From positions 5,208,001-5,272,000 of the forward strand of contig NEEC01000004.1 in NCBI GenBank assembly GCA_002189035.1: a stretch of 64,000 bases of DNA, in the 5' to 3' direction. Below the pieces are notes generated by a model that did not search any database, had not been told where the DNA came from, and worked only from the letters and a program-made list of their open reading frames with translations. Shown piece by piece: positions 23,001-35,800 of this stretch. Position 1 is the stretch's first letter. The number at the start of each line of letters is the position of its first letter. This DNA is from Utricularia gibba (lineage: Eukaryota > Plantae > Magnoliophyta). Position numbers and translations under genes: made by a program.

Positions 23001-24945
23001 TCAGGACAAATACACAAGATTTAAGATTCTTACCCAAAAGAATTAAAATCATTTTAAAAAAATAGTTATTTTTTTTTCTCTCTTACATATTACGATTGTA
23101 ATTTCATTATTGAGAATGATCAAATCATTGAAATTTCGTAAAACCCAAATTTACATTCATGTTCTCACGGTCTAATGCATAGGATGATCATTTTGAAAAA
23201 ACTTTTTATTAGGATTTAAAATTTTAGAGTTTAGTATTTAGGGTTTAGATTTCAATATCCTATCCAATTCGTAACCCAGTGGCCTCTAAATTCCGGATTC
23301 AAATATCACTTGAAAATAGTTGTCTTTATAATAAAGAGTGATTGGTGTTAGAGCTAACTCATACACACGTTTTCAAGACCCAAATTCATGTGGATATATG
23401 TCTGAACGAAATTACTGGGGTTTAAGCTAGGGCTTGTTTGAGATTCTTCTAGAGTGTTGAAATTGGGGGATCTAGGGTTTGAAGGTTTCGTCTTTTTGTC
23501 CTAAAAGTTCAAAAAGAAATGGTAATAATGAAAGTTTTTTTGGTATATTGCATGTGTTTATGGTCACTCAGATGCGTTAGATTTTCATATCACGGACACT
23601 AGTGTGCAAGTAGACTGCTGTGAAACAGTGATGGTTGCACACAAGGCAATAATCTTAACAAAATCTATCCTTAACATCTGTCTTGAAGGCAGAGGGAGAT
23701 TCATTCATGAGGGCAAAAGACTGAAAGAACAGCTGAGTTTGTCTGAATTGGACACGCAGTCAGGGGCCCCGTTACAGGGGAGGAAACAAAGGAGAATCTC
23801 TGTGTAATGTCAGTGCACATTCCTCTAGAGCTCAGGTAAACTTGCATTACTCTTAAAGAAAAACAAATGCCTGTATAGAAAGAGGTTTTGCTGTCAACAA
23901 TCGCCATGGCCAAGCTGCTGTTTTCATTGCTTTCTCGCAGTGGAAACGGGAAGATCGATGCCGATGAAAAGGGAAGAGGGAGCAGATGAAAAAAAGGCGA
24001 ACTTTAATCTGCTGCGGTAAACGCGGCAAAGAAATGAAGAGGGATTGCTTAACCTAAAAATGGTGCAGTAGAGTAGTAATAACATTGACTACGACGAGAC
24101 GCTCGGGGCCCCTCATCGAGCCAAGGAACTATTGTTGTCCATTGCGTGAGATCCTGAATTCATAGATAGCTTTTATTGTTGTTATCAGACATGGAGCCAG
24201 TGGGGTTGATGCGGTAAATTCAGAAGCTCCGGGGGACTCGAGGTCTCACCATTGGCGTTTATGGGAGTTGTTTTCAAACAAGAAGATGAAAGCAACAGGG
24301 TTGTTTTCATACTGCATGGGAACGAATGTTGCACTATGAATCACTACAGTGCTCGTGATGATCCACCTTCTAACATGGGATAAATCGACCACACAGAATG
24401 CTGAATGCCGAAGTTGTTTCTGATACAAAAATGCTTCGTGTTGCAGTGATTGCACGAGGCTTGTGGGATGATTTGCAAGTATCATTTGGCAGTATGCAAT
24501 GCGTGGTATCTAATTCTGATTCCCAGAATGAGAGGGAACCTTCATAATACCTTCAAAATACAAGCGCATTAGGCGAAATGGGGAAGAATCCACTTTTTGG
24601 GTGACTGAGTTTTGCTTTTGCTGCAATGCTATGGAACAAACCCTAGGCCTTGTGTCCTCTGACTTGGGAAAGTAATCATGTATAAGTGTAAAAGGAAGGG
24701 CAAGTGTTTCAGTGTACAGAAAATTTCCTCTTTAAGACATTAAATCCCAACTGATGAACACACCTTTTTGTAATTGAAAGATAAATTTTTATTCACAAAT
24801 TCAGTGCTTAATGTCCCAAAAGCCGCAGATGTCATCTTTCAACAGTTGTTTTCTTTTTTCTTGACATTTGATGCTGAAAAAGAAAAGGGAAGAAGGAGGG
24901 GTCTGGTTTTTGATTGACCTGAGGGAAGCAATTTATGAGCTGAAG

Positions 24946-25797
24946 ATGTTTGGAAGCAAGGAAAGTCACATCTTTTCTTCCTTTCACTCACAACCCTCTA
25001 CATCCATTGCTGCTCTCAGTGATGCTGAAGCCTCTCAGATCCACCGGAACCACCGCCACCTGCTCTCCGGCACCTACACAACGAGTGGGGTTGAAGTTCC
25101 GGAGCAAGAACCTCCGAATACAAATGATGGGAAGCCAGGTGCAAAGAAGGATAGGCACAGCAAGATATACACGTCTCAAGGGCCACGAGATAGGAGAGTG
25201 AGGCTCTCCATTGGCATTGCTAGGAAGTTCTTTGATCTGCAAGAACTTCTAGGTTTCGACAAGCCGAGCAAGACCCTAGATTGGCTGCTCACCAAATCGA
25301 AGAATGCGATCAATGATCTGGTGCAGAAGAGGCAGAATGCTGATACTTCAGACAAAGGGAAGTCTCCAGAGGGTTCTAGAAAAAGACATGGAAGGGCTGC
25401 TAAGGATTCACAGGCGGTTGATCTTGTTAAGGAGTCACGGGTGAAGGCAAGGGCAAGGGCTAGGGAGAGGACAAGGGAGAAGATGCAGATGAGGAGCAGC
25501 CGAGACTTCAGCACCTTGAGCTCTTCAATCCCAATGCAGTACATGAATCACCCCAATGGATTCAATGATTATCAACAACTGAACCAAGATATGATCCAAG
25601 AATCTGTTGTGATCAAGATGAAAGCAAAGCCACATCCCTCGATTTTTGGTTTTCATCAGAACCTTATCATCTCTAGAGATTTCACTTCAAACTGCGCCAT
25701 CCCAGCTCCCTACACCTCCACTGAGAATTGGGATATCAGCAACCCTCAATCGAACGCATACTCTGCTTTGGATCAGTACAAGTTCAATGACAGGTAA
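24946..25797 (+). CDS. CYC: CYC/TB1-clade class II TCP transcription factor (CYC2-like)
   Basis: MFGSK start, TCP domain [50 protein letters not shown] domain [25 protein letters not shown] and FGFHQNL motifs; possible intron at GACAG|GTAAAT just before the stop. Confidence 0.95.
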   Translation: MFGSKESHIFSSFHSQPSTSIAALSDAEASQIHRNHRHLLSGTYTTSGVEVPEQEPPNTNDGKPGAKKDRHSKIYTSQGPRDRRVRLSIGIARKFFDLQELLGFDKPSKTLDWLLTKSKNAINDLVQKRQNADTSDKGKSPEGSRKRHGRAAKDSQAVDLVKESRVKARARARERTREKMQMRSSRDFSTLSSSIPMQYMNHPNGFNDYQQLNQDMIQESVVIKMKAKPHPSIFGFHQNLIISRDFTSNCAIPAPYTSTENWDISNPQSNAYSALDQYKFNDR

Positions 25798-26505
25798 ATA
25801 ATGCACAAACATCTCTTCCCAAAATGTTCTTACACACAAACCCTCTTCTCTTTGGTTTCAGCAGTTGAAGACAAGAGATGTTAGGGAACTGATGCTCGTT
25901 CAAGTTTGAAGCTGTCCATTTGCGTTGCCATCTGCAACTCTTTTCCTGTCTGAATACTCAGTTTTCTTTCTTCTTTCCCTGAAGTTCATATCCTGCTACT
26001 TTGAACTCTTTACTCCTACTGATTTATTGTATCTAATGGGATTCGTGCTTCTTCCTCATGCCCTTGGTCCTATCTGAATATGCAACTCACTATCCCTTTG
26101 ATGTCTTCTGCTCCATTTTTTTGTTACTTCAATGCAGGTGAGATCAATGAAATCTAATTCTCTCTTTATGTGTCCAAGTGTGATGCCTTGAGAAGTTCAA
26201 TTCCTAAATGCATGCGAAAAGGGAAAGACGACCAAGATTCCCAAACAAAGCGATCTGCCTATGCTAAAATGGCATCATGTTTATATTAATTAAATGCTAT
26301 ATTTAAACATTATGTTCACAAGGCCACCCTAGCGGAAATGGGGAAATAATAGGATCCAATGGGCTTAAACATTGTTGTGTAGGCCCACTTTACTTGAAAG
26401 GACTATTGGGCCGTAAGAGAGGCTCAACTGTATATATAAATTTTTGAAAGCCTCGATCTTGCCGGTTTTCTTGTTTCAAGATTTCTCCGTTACAATTTTC
26501 CGATC

Positions 26506-27465
26506 ATGGATTCATTGAAGAGGATTTCAGCCGACGGGCGTTCTGACGATTTGATGCGGTACGGACTTCATGGTGTGAAGAGTATATTATCGAGCGTCAT
26601 CGTCTAGTAACTGCGTATTCTTTGGTATGTCTTTTGAATTTGCTTGTGTATGTTGAATTTGTAGGGTGTGTTCAGTTTTTTAATATCTGACGTTCATGGA
26701 GAAAGTTTTTGAGTAACACGTATGGGGCTGCACTTCTAATGAAAATGAATCTCGAAAGTTTTCATGTATAAGTAAAAAAACATTTGTCTTTTGGCTCTTT
26801 TCTGTAAGCGTATTCTGAAGTTTAACATATTTGATACTGTGTCTGATCTGTTACACATGGAGCTGATTGCACATGTTTTCTGTCTTATGTTAGCCTATAG
26901 TCTAGAAAATTGTCTACCTTTTAGCTTGTCATGGAGTTCTTCTGAACGAAACGCATGTGGATGTTGCATTTGTCGACAGATTTCAAAGGCCTCCCGGTGC
27001 TATACCCTCTTCTTACGTGGGACTTGGGGCCTTATCAGAAACATTGGAAGATTTTGGTTTTGAAGACTATCTCAATGGTATTAAAGTGAAATATCTGTGG
27101 CTTGCATTTCATAAAATTAATGTGAAATAGTGGTGCACGTATACCAATATTTCGCTATGAAGAACTTGTGCCATGTCAAAAACGCATGATATTTTGTGAT
27201 ACTTTTTTCATGCATGGGAACCTGCTCATGGAGATTCATTGCTTTCTATGAAGACTATCTCAATGTTTTCTCTCCGCTTATGACTATCTCACTGTTTTCT
27301 CTCCGCTTATGCTTCTCGAATAGGGATAATCGCTGGTTTATAACATGTGTTCTGCCACTTTTAGATCCAAGAGATTCGGAGTCAGCTCGTCCCGTAGACA
27401 TGCACCATGGGATGGAAGTGCGCCTTGGGCTGTCTGAAGGTTCTCCATGCCCCAGCTTCATGTGA
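26506..27465 (+). pseudogene. UMP1: Proteasome maturation factor UMP1/POMP homologue, probably degraded
   Basis: RYGLHGVKS, NTYGAAL.MKMNLE, FQRPPGAIPSS..GL.AL..TLEDFGFEDYLN, DPRDSES.RPVDMHHGMEVRLGLS.G..CPSFM-stop; frameshift in exon 1 (~26583) and stops flanking the exon-2 segment. Confidence 0.75.
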
Positions 27466-27779
27466 AAAAGGGACCTGCTTTAGGCTCCTCACAGGTATCT
27501 GAGTCCGCACATCTAGCCTGTTGACAAATGAATGCTACTAATCTCGTACCATTTTTCATTTTGTCGACTTTGTTTCTTGTGTTACTGCTAAAATTTTCGA
27601 ATGATTCTGTCCACGGTTAACACATTGAGGCATAGATATGGTATTTCTCAACAAAAGACAGCAGACAATGAAAATTCACGATCAGAAAGAGTAGTACAAA
27701 CAATAACGATGTCCTGATTATTGAGTGAACAGAACCCATGCACTTTCAAGCTTGATCTCCAAAGCAAACATCTCAGGTC

Positions 27780-29246
27780 TCAGTTATCTTTCTTAGCAAT
27801 CTTGAACCACTCGGTGTGGAAAGATCCAGCCACATCCACCCTTTCGTATGTGTGAGCACCAAAGTAGTCTCTCTGAGCTTGAACCAAATTCGCAGGAGAC
27901 CGTTCCCTTCGATAGGTATCGAAGTAAGCAAGACTTGCAGACATACCTGGGGTGCTAATGCCAGAGTTGATGGCAAGACACACCACTCTCCTCCATCCAG
28001 CCTGGCGGTCGATAATTTCTTTTGCAAATTCTGGATCCACAAGGAGGCTAGCAAGCTCAGGGTTTCTATCGTACGCCTTCTTGATCCGGTCTAAGAAGAT
28101 AGCGCGAATGATGCAGCCTCCTTTCCAGATCCTGGCTAGTTCCCCGAGTTGCAGGTTCCACCCCTTCTCTATGCTCTTTGCACGTATCAGATTCATCCCT
28201 TGTGCATAGCTGCAGATTTTAGATGCATACAGCGCTTGCCTGACATCATCAATTAGTTTTTTCTTGTCAACATGCTGATCGGTTAGAGCATCATCAAAGC
28301 CACTGGACTTGAAGACTTTGGCAGCAGCAGTTCTCTCCTCCTTCAGGCCACTCAAAAATCTGGAATCCAGAGAAGCTTCAATCGTTGGTGCAGCAACTGA
28401 TAGTTCAGCAGCCTGCTGAACTGTCCATTTCCCAGTTCCCTTCATCCCAGTTTTGTCCAACACTTTGTCAACTAGATGCCCATCCCCCTTGTCATCCTTG
28501 ACTCGAAATATATCTGCAGTGATTTCAATCAAGAAGCTTGATAACTCTCCCTTGTTCCAGTCTGAAAATGCATCAGCCAGCTCTTCATTCGTCAGTTTTC
28601 CAGCAGTTTTCAAAACATCATACGCCTCAGCAATCAGCTGCATATCACCATACTCGATTCCATTGTGGACCATTTTAACGAAGTTTCCAGCTCCACCTTT
28701 TCCTATATATGTCACGCAAGGGCCACTATCGGCAACGAAGGCAGCAACTTTGAGAAGAATGTCTTCCACGTACTTGTAAGCTTCAAACGAGCCTCCAGGC
28801 ATCAGAGATGGGCCATGGCGGGCGCCTTCTTCTCCACCAGAAACTCCCATGCCGAGGTACAGAAGGCCTGATTCTGCAACAGCCTTCTCCCTTCGCTCAG
28901 TGTTCTCGTACCACTCATTTCCACCGTCTATTATGCAGTCTCCTTCCTCCAAATGGGCAGTAAGTGTTTTAATTGTAGCATCCACAGGGGCACCAGCCTT
29001 GACAAGAATGATGATGGCACGAGGTTTCTGGATGGATTCAACAAAGGATTTGGGATCATGGTAACCGTACAAGGGAAGGTTGCCTTCCAGTTTCGCCCTT
29101 TCGACAGTCTCGTCCACCTTAGAGGTTGTCCGATTGTAAACAGAGATGGGAAAACCTTTCTCAGCAATGTTAAGGGCTAAGTTTTGCCCCATAACAGCCA
29201 GGCCAACAAGACCTATTCTCGTCAACGGTTTTGATGTATGAGCCAT
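27780..29246 (-). CDS. PGD: 6-phosphogluconate dehydrogenase, decarboxylating (PGD2-type, intronless CDS)
   Basis: Complete 488-aa ORF: RIGLVGLAVMGQNLALNIAEKGFPISVYNRT, FVKMVHNGIEYGDMQLIAEAY, QAQRDYFGAHTYER; no transit peptide. Confidence 0.98.
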   Translation of the reverse strand: MAHTSKPLTRIGLVGLAVMGQNLALNIAEKGFPISVYNRTTSKVDETVERAKLEGNLPLYGYHDPKSFVESIQKPRAIIILVKAGAPVDATIKTLTAHLEEGDCIIDGGNEWYENTERREKAVAESGLLYLGMGVSGGEEGARHGPSLMPGGSFEAYKYVEDILLKVAAFVADSGPCVTYIGKGGAGNFVKMVHNGIEYGDMQLIAEAYDVLKTAGKLTNEELADAFSDWNKGELSSFLIEITADIFRVKDDKGDGHLVDKVLDKTGMKGTGKWTVQQAAELSVAAPTIEASLDSRFLSGLKEERTAAAKVFKSSGFDDALTDQHVDKKKLIDDVRQALYASKICSYAQGMNLIRAKSIEKGWNLQLGELARIWKGGCIIRAIFLDRIKKAYDRNPELASLLVDPEFAKEIIDRQAGWRRVVCLAINSGISTPGMSASLAYFDTYRRERSPANLVQAQRDYFGAHTYERVDVAGSFHTEWFKIAKKDN

Positions 29247-30077
29247 TAGATCACCTGCCAAGAAACTTGAACCAGATCAGAATAGATACACATCTCATAA
29301 GATGGGAGACCCACAAGATCGCCTAATCACGTAATCGTAGCAATCAATGATGCATTTACAACCCATTTTTACACATCAGCAGGATTTGCAGTAAAGATTC
29401 CATCTTTAGAAACAAGATAGCAAGATCGAGTATATTCGCAACGCGCCGCAGGATCAAGCCCACCAAACAATTCTCAAAGTACAAAAAGATCAAGCAAAAG
29501 ACAAGATACAAAAGCTGCATCTCTTTAATAAAAAATCAAGACTTGAAATCAAGGAATCATTAAGTACCCAAACAATATCACAACCCAGAAACCAGTTTTC
29601 TGTTTAATCAACCACCCAACAAAAAGCTCAAACCTTGAACAGGAAGTGAGATGAATTGATGATATCCACCAGAGAAATCGGGATCGCCCAAAACACAAGG
29701 AATGCGAAGTTAAATACAGAGAAGAGGCATCAACTGGTCAAGACCTGCTAAGTTCCCACCTTGATTTTTAAGCCTGGTTAGGTGGGCTGGCCGGGGCGAC
29801 TCAATCAAGACATGAGCCTTTGGAATTTGGTTGGTGGAGACGAGTTGAATTATTGACACTTTTGACCTCGTGAACCAGACGCGCATTTTTATAATATTAG
29901 TATATTCATACCGACTAGCCATAAGCCAAAGAAAGGTAGACAAATGAGAAGGCAAATGAGAAGAAGGAAGGGTAGACTTGTCACACCGTCCCATTTCTTC
30001 TGCTGTCTATCGTCAAAGAAAATTTGAACTGATACCATAAGCCAGAGAAGCAGCTTTTCTGGAAGAAACGGGGCTTG

Positions 30078-32101
30078 TTACACGCCAAAATTGCACATCT
30101 GCAAGAACTCCATTTCACTGTCGACATATGTACTCCAGAACTGCTTGTAACTGTTCATGCCAATATCAAGCCACGGCTTCATATCTCCGTTGAAATGGAT
30201 CACAGCGCCATTCTTGATCTCATCGATGCTGATACTGGGATTGATCCCCAGCCCCAGTACATGCCACTTCTTGTCCAGGGGTTTCGTTTTGGAGTAAAAT
30301 GTAACGAGTCCGGCCGGCAAGGTACCGAGTTGCCATAATGTTCGGTCTTTATTCTGATCAGTTTCATGGGCAGAAGAGTTGTGTTAGCAGGAATGGATAT
30401 GTGTGCAGGAATGGATGAAGTACGGAATGTGTAAAGCTTACCAGATTCTGCCAATAATGATAGTCCTGAGTGCATTTTTCTCTTCGCCAAGCATCCAGAT
30501 CGAACATGTTTAGACCAAATGCCCAGGCACATGCCTTTGGATTGAACTTCTCTTTGATACGAGGGTGTGAGAAGTTGAGATACTTTGATAAGCGGTGGAA
30601 GGATCCGAAGCAGGTGTTGACGGCTGCATTCACCTTCCCTTCCATGTCAATTTTCCACAAGGCTGTCAAATCTTTCTGAACCACAACGTCATCGTCTAGA
30701 AAAAGAATCTTGTGCAGCTTTGGGTATAGCTCAGGGAGGTAGAATCTCAGGTGATTAAGCATTGAAATGTACTTGGGGTTCCTGAATTTCATGTTGCTTA
30801 TGTCTTTTGTGATATTGTCGGACCTGTTTTCAAAGTAAAACTTCTTTACACTGGCCGATTTCAGTTGCTTCAACACTGGAACATATGAGGAGTTTAAGAA
30901 CTTGAAATCATCCACAGCCTTTATCTCAATATGTGCTCCTCCTTTTACTGGTCTCATCTTAAACCAAACCTTTGTAGCAGCATAGTTCATCCGCTCTGTA
31001 ACAATGTGGATAACATGCTTCCATGGCTCCTCTGCGTTCTTGACAATCGAGTTTACCACCACTGAAAGAGCAATCACATTGTCCGAAAATACAGCATAGT
31101 GGTATAAACTTGGGTCTTCAAATTCAGCCTCTGGCTCATCATCCACGTACTTTTCAGGATGCGCAATTCTCTCCTCAAGAAGCCTCATTGCAAGGCAATG
31201 GAGACTTTTAGGGGATGATCTTGCGGCAATGGAACTGGCAACAGCCCCATTTTTCTTGGCCTTCATGAGCAACTCATAGACTGCGAAAATTGTATCCTTT
31301 AGTTTCTGTATCTTCAACTGATTATCATAAGCCTCCTTGGTCTCTCCAACCATTAGCCTGACAACCTTTACCTTATCTTTCACCTCCTTCTCAAATTGTC
31401 TAAGCAAATCTTCATCAATCGGATCTTCAGATTCCAAAAACGCATTACGATAATTCTCCTTCATTTGAAGATCTGTGATACTCTGAGCCATGTCTTCGAA
31501 CACCTTCAGCTGCTTAGATATCTCAAGTTTGAGATTCCTAGCATAAGCGCCATATGCATTAACCAAGGCAACATGATTATTTGTTTGTTCACGTATCGAA
31601 TCTAATCTAGTCTTCCCAGCATCCGATTGCAAAGCTAAAAATGCCCTACGCACATGAGCGTTTCCACTTGTGTCCTTACCCTGTTCCAAAAAAAAGTTAA
31701 ATTTTCCATCCCTACGAAGCGCATCTGAAACCAAAATTTGAATGATAACGAAGGAACCAGCCAACATGATTTGAAGTTTGTTTCTTGATGTTAAAATGCT
31801 CTGGATCAGGCTAGAAAATGATAATCAGAGAGCAGCACATATTCCTAACGACTACAACGAGTGAATCGAAAACAAGCCAATGAAATCATTGAAATAAACG
31901 AGATTCAAAACATCCGAGACTCAAAACGAGAAGAACACTGACCGCATCTCCCCGCGGAGGGCGTGATTTCATAAGCACCGAGAAAGTGGCAAGAAACAGC
32001 AGCGTAAACATGGCGGAAAAGAAGACTCGGTAGCTACAGAAGCCTCGTGCCGCCGATCCGCTTCCCGATCCGACTCGGCCGCCGCGGGCAGCCATGGCCA
32101 T
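30078..32101 (-). CDS. GAUT9: Galacturonosyltransferase, GT8 family (GAUT8/9-like), 3 exons
   Basis: N-terminal TM (FFSAMFTLLFLATFSVL), PKSLHCLAMRLLEERI, YHYAVFSDNV, LNHLRFYLPELYPKLHKILFLDDDVVVQKDL, TLWQLGTLPAGLVTFY, HFNGDMKPWLDI. Confidence 0.93.
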
Positions 32102-32850
32102 CACGATCTCTACCCAGAGATCACCAAATCCGTTCCCTTTACAACAGAAAATGCACCAACAAATCCAGAAATCGTCGTTCTTCGACTCGTAGCCAAAAGC
32201 ACATCAAGCATTCAGCATGACAGTGAAACTGCGAATGACTTCGCTCTCCCTGTCTACACACATACACGAATCTGCCCGTGCCGTATTTGTCAGTAGCTGT
32301 CAGAGTAGTTCGCCGTTTGTATATATGGCAGTCTGCGGCAGTGAACCCCAACCCGCGTCGGTGGAATTTATTTTTTTGTCGAAATATTATATAAATAACA
32401 AGGGTAGATTATGCAAAACATGCGCTGTTTAATGAAGGCCCGGCCCATAATTGAAACCCCCGGCCCAGCTCAACTTCGAGCTTGAGGTAAAGAAGAGAGG
32501 CCCATGAGACCACCCAATACGGAGGCCCATTTCAAAATAACAAATTATTTTTTCTACAAAAATCCATAAAAGAAACACGTTCTATAAATATCAAATACAC
32601 AGAGTTGTGCATACCCTGAATCCTCAGAAGATGACCAAACAGTCTGAAGCAAACACCAGATGTCAAAATAAAAAGCTAATTTAGCCTGTCAAGATGATGA
32701 AAAGCCTCTGGTAGAATCAAGTAGCAATGCTAAGAGTAACACTTTTAGTTTCTTTTCTTGGTGTCTCTCCTTCAGTCACATCCTCATGTAATGCAACACA
32801 CTCACGGCAAGAAGAGAAGGAAAGAAAATGAGCAGTTTATTCCCAAACCT

Positions 32851-35800
32851 TCAAGCCATTTTGGTGTGTATCTGTCGATGAATGTGTATTAGGAAATCTA
32901 CGTAGGAGAGGCCATCGTTCGTTGTGTCTTCCAGCATCAGCCTCAGGAATTGCTTTTCTGAAATCATAAGGTAGAGACAGTGATAACCGGGACAGGAATA
33001 AAATTTCTAAGGCAGATTGTTCTGTGGGCTGAACTAACCTGCTTGAAGGTCTGATTGTCTGCACAACTTCAAGCTGTAGCGGAGACGAGTATAACAAAGA
33101 GCAAGTGAATAACAGAAGGGAATTTTCTTATTTCACTACTGAAAAAGATGAAAAAACGTTATACATACCGCAGATAAGAACATCGCTGTTGCCTTATTTC
33201 TTTCATGATCGCATTCAGTTTCTTTGAGAGCGGATTGTCCAACTGTTGCAAAATGAGCTGTGGAAGGAGTAAAGTAGCAGTAAGAACTATGATGATTAGA
33301 TGGACTATGGAACTACGGTACTTATTTCTATTATGTTGCTTCACTAATTGAAATAGGTGGGAGGAGCCCAGCTGAAAAAAAATTATGTTGCCAATAACTG
33401 AAGGTTAACAGAAAAACCTGGTCAGGGATTCCCTCGACAGATGTGGCACCGAACACCTGATGCAGAATACTTGGTTGGACTGAACTACCGACATATATCA
33501 AACAATCTTCTCCATTCTCAAGAAGATATATTCCATCGTCTCTTATTCCTGCGCGTACAAGTGGAATTGGAGGGGAATAACAGAGCCATGGGAGTCCTGG
33601 AAAAATTGAAGAACACAAATTACTTGAATGCAGAGTACATAGGTAAATGAACGCCAGTATATGTGTTTACATATTGCAATACCTCTTCTTCAGGGTTATG
33701 AATCGTAACCATCCGAGGATACACTAATGGAATTGCCAAATGAACAGGCAAACGGTTAACATTACTGATCCAATATGACCTATCGTCTAGTCTTCCATCA
33801 GAACGCAACCCTGTGCTTTTTAGCAGTGCTGCAAAAAAAAGCCGAAGGGGGGGGGGGGTGTTCAGGAACTTCAACTAAAAATGAAACAAGGGAAGCATTG
33901 CAGCAAAAGAAGATCACAAAAATGTACCGAGTGCATATAAGGGGAGCAATTTAAGTGTCTCGGGTAGAATAAGTTGTCCAGAGGATGAAACTGTTGCACA
34001 GAACTTCCGGTAGGAATATAAAATGTTGATGCAAGTATTTGTTACTTGATCCCGTACTTGTGCCAAAGGGGCGGATGGAATTTCATTAGCAGCTGTCAAG
34101 TGAAAAGTGAACAGAACATCATTAAAATTTTTTTAAAAAAACGCACTTTCCATGCATAACACATAACGATCAATATATCCCGAAAGTGGAAGGAAAACTG
34201 AAGAAGCTACAACAAGGAAAGTTAAGCAAAAATCTAAGAGCTAAATTACATTGCTTCAGGATACAAGCAAAGTGCGTGTCGAGATCAGCTGAACGGTATA
34301 GATTACTCAGCATATTGGTGCAAGGAAGAGATAATGTTGAAACTCGGATTCTGCGTTGTCCAGATACAGTGGTGTAAAGAAGAGCACACTAAGGACAAGA
34401 ACATAAAAAAGATGTTAGAAGGTCAGGAATTAAGGTTAATTAAAGGGAAAAAGAGATCTAAGGGGCCAAATTTCTACAGAAAAATTTAAATTTAGGATCC
34501 CTTCCTGGTATCAGGACGAGACCAAAAAATGTCCAGCAGTTACAGTCATACCTGAAAAGAACATTCTGTCCCTTCCTGCAACTTATCATCGTGCTTCAGT
34601 GATACCATTATCGCCTTGTCACAGTCAATCTAAAATATTTGAAATCGGATGAACATCATAGAAGAGTTAAAAGGAAAAAGAAATATATTAAGAATGGGTA
34701 CGAACAGCAGGAAGATCCACATCAGTTGGTATTCGCCTACAGAAGTTTCCTGAGTATTCTTGAACTTGAATACCCTAAACAAAAAGAAATGAGAAAAACA
34801 ATAGCAATTAGCTTCTCCACTACACATTCTCTCACTTGCTGTACAACATAGCTCATAATGTTTTTTATTTGAGATGTCAAGATAAGATAAACAACCTGGC
34901 TGCATCTCACGCGCATCACTGCCTCAAAACCTTGTGGTCTTTTCACATTCCACCTTAGGTCATTGTAAAGTTTAGCAGTATCTGAAAGGGCTGAAAAAGG
35001 ATAATAATAATACACCTGAACAGAAACACCAATATTAGAGATATGTTAGTGATGGTCAATGGAAGATAAAAATAAACATCAAGGCAATTCTAAGAATGGT
35101 TTATCAAACGGGAAGCCATTCTGAAAATATATTAAAATTACAACCACACCATCACATGAACAAAAACACACAGGCGCACAGCCTCCTTCAGCAACAATGC
35201 TTGGAAAACATGTTCATTAACACGATTCATCTGTGGGGGTTACTTTTGGATAGATTTCTTTCAAATAATGCACCTCATCAAAACTCCAATCCAAATGCGT
35301 TCATTCTCCATAAATAGAGCTAAAAATTTCAACACGAGCGCATAACAACATGCAGTTAAACATAAGATTTTCCAGTAACACCCCTAACAAATACCCACAT
35401 CATGTAGGGATATAAAAAGTTACCTGACCGCCTGTAGTCTTTGGGAAAACAGAGACAGAAGCTATATCTGCATATGCTTGAGTTGTAATAAACAAATCAA
35501 CACAAACCTACAAATCAGAATAGAAGGTGAATCCACATTCAGAAAACTGGAATAAAATTGAGATTGACAAGCGTCTAAATATCACCTGATACTCCGCAAA
35601 CTCAATTGCCATTGTCTTAAGAGTTTTGTCTGCTGGCTGTAGTAATTTATGGGCTTCCTGAGTTTCAAAACATTTGGCAACTTCATTGTTGGTTCTCAGC
35701 GTCACAAAAAACTAAATTACTCTAATTAAAAAGAGGATAAAAAGACAGACATATACTGCAACTAAAACAAATAGAGATTTTGGAAACTGAACACAGTTTA

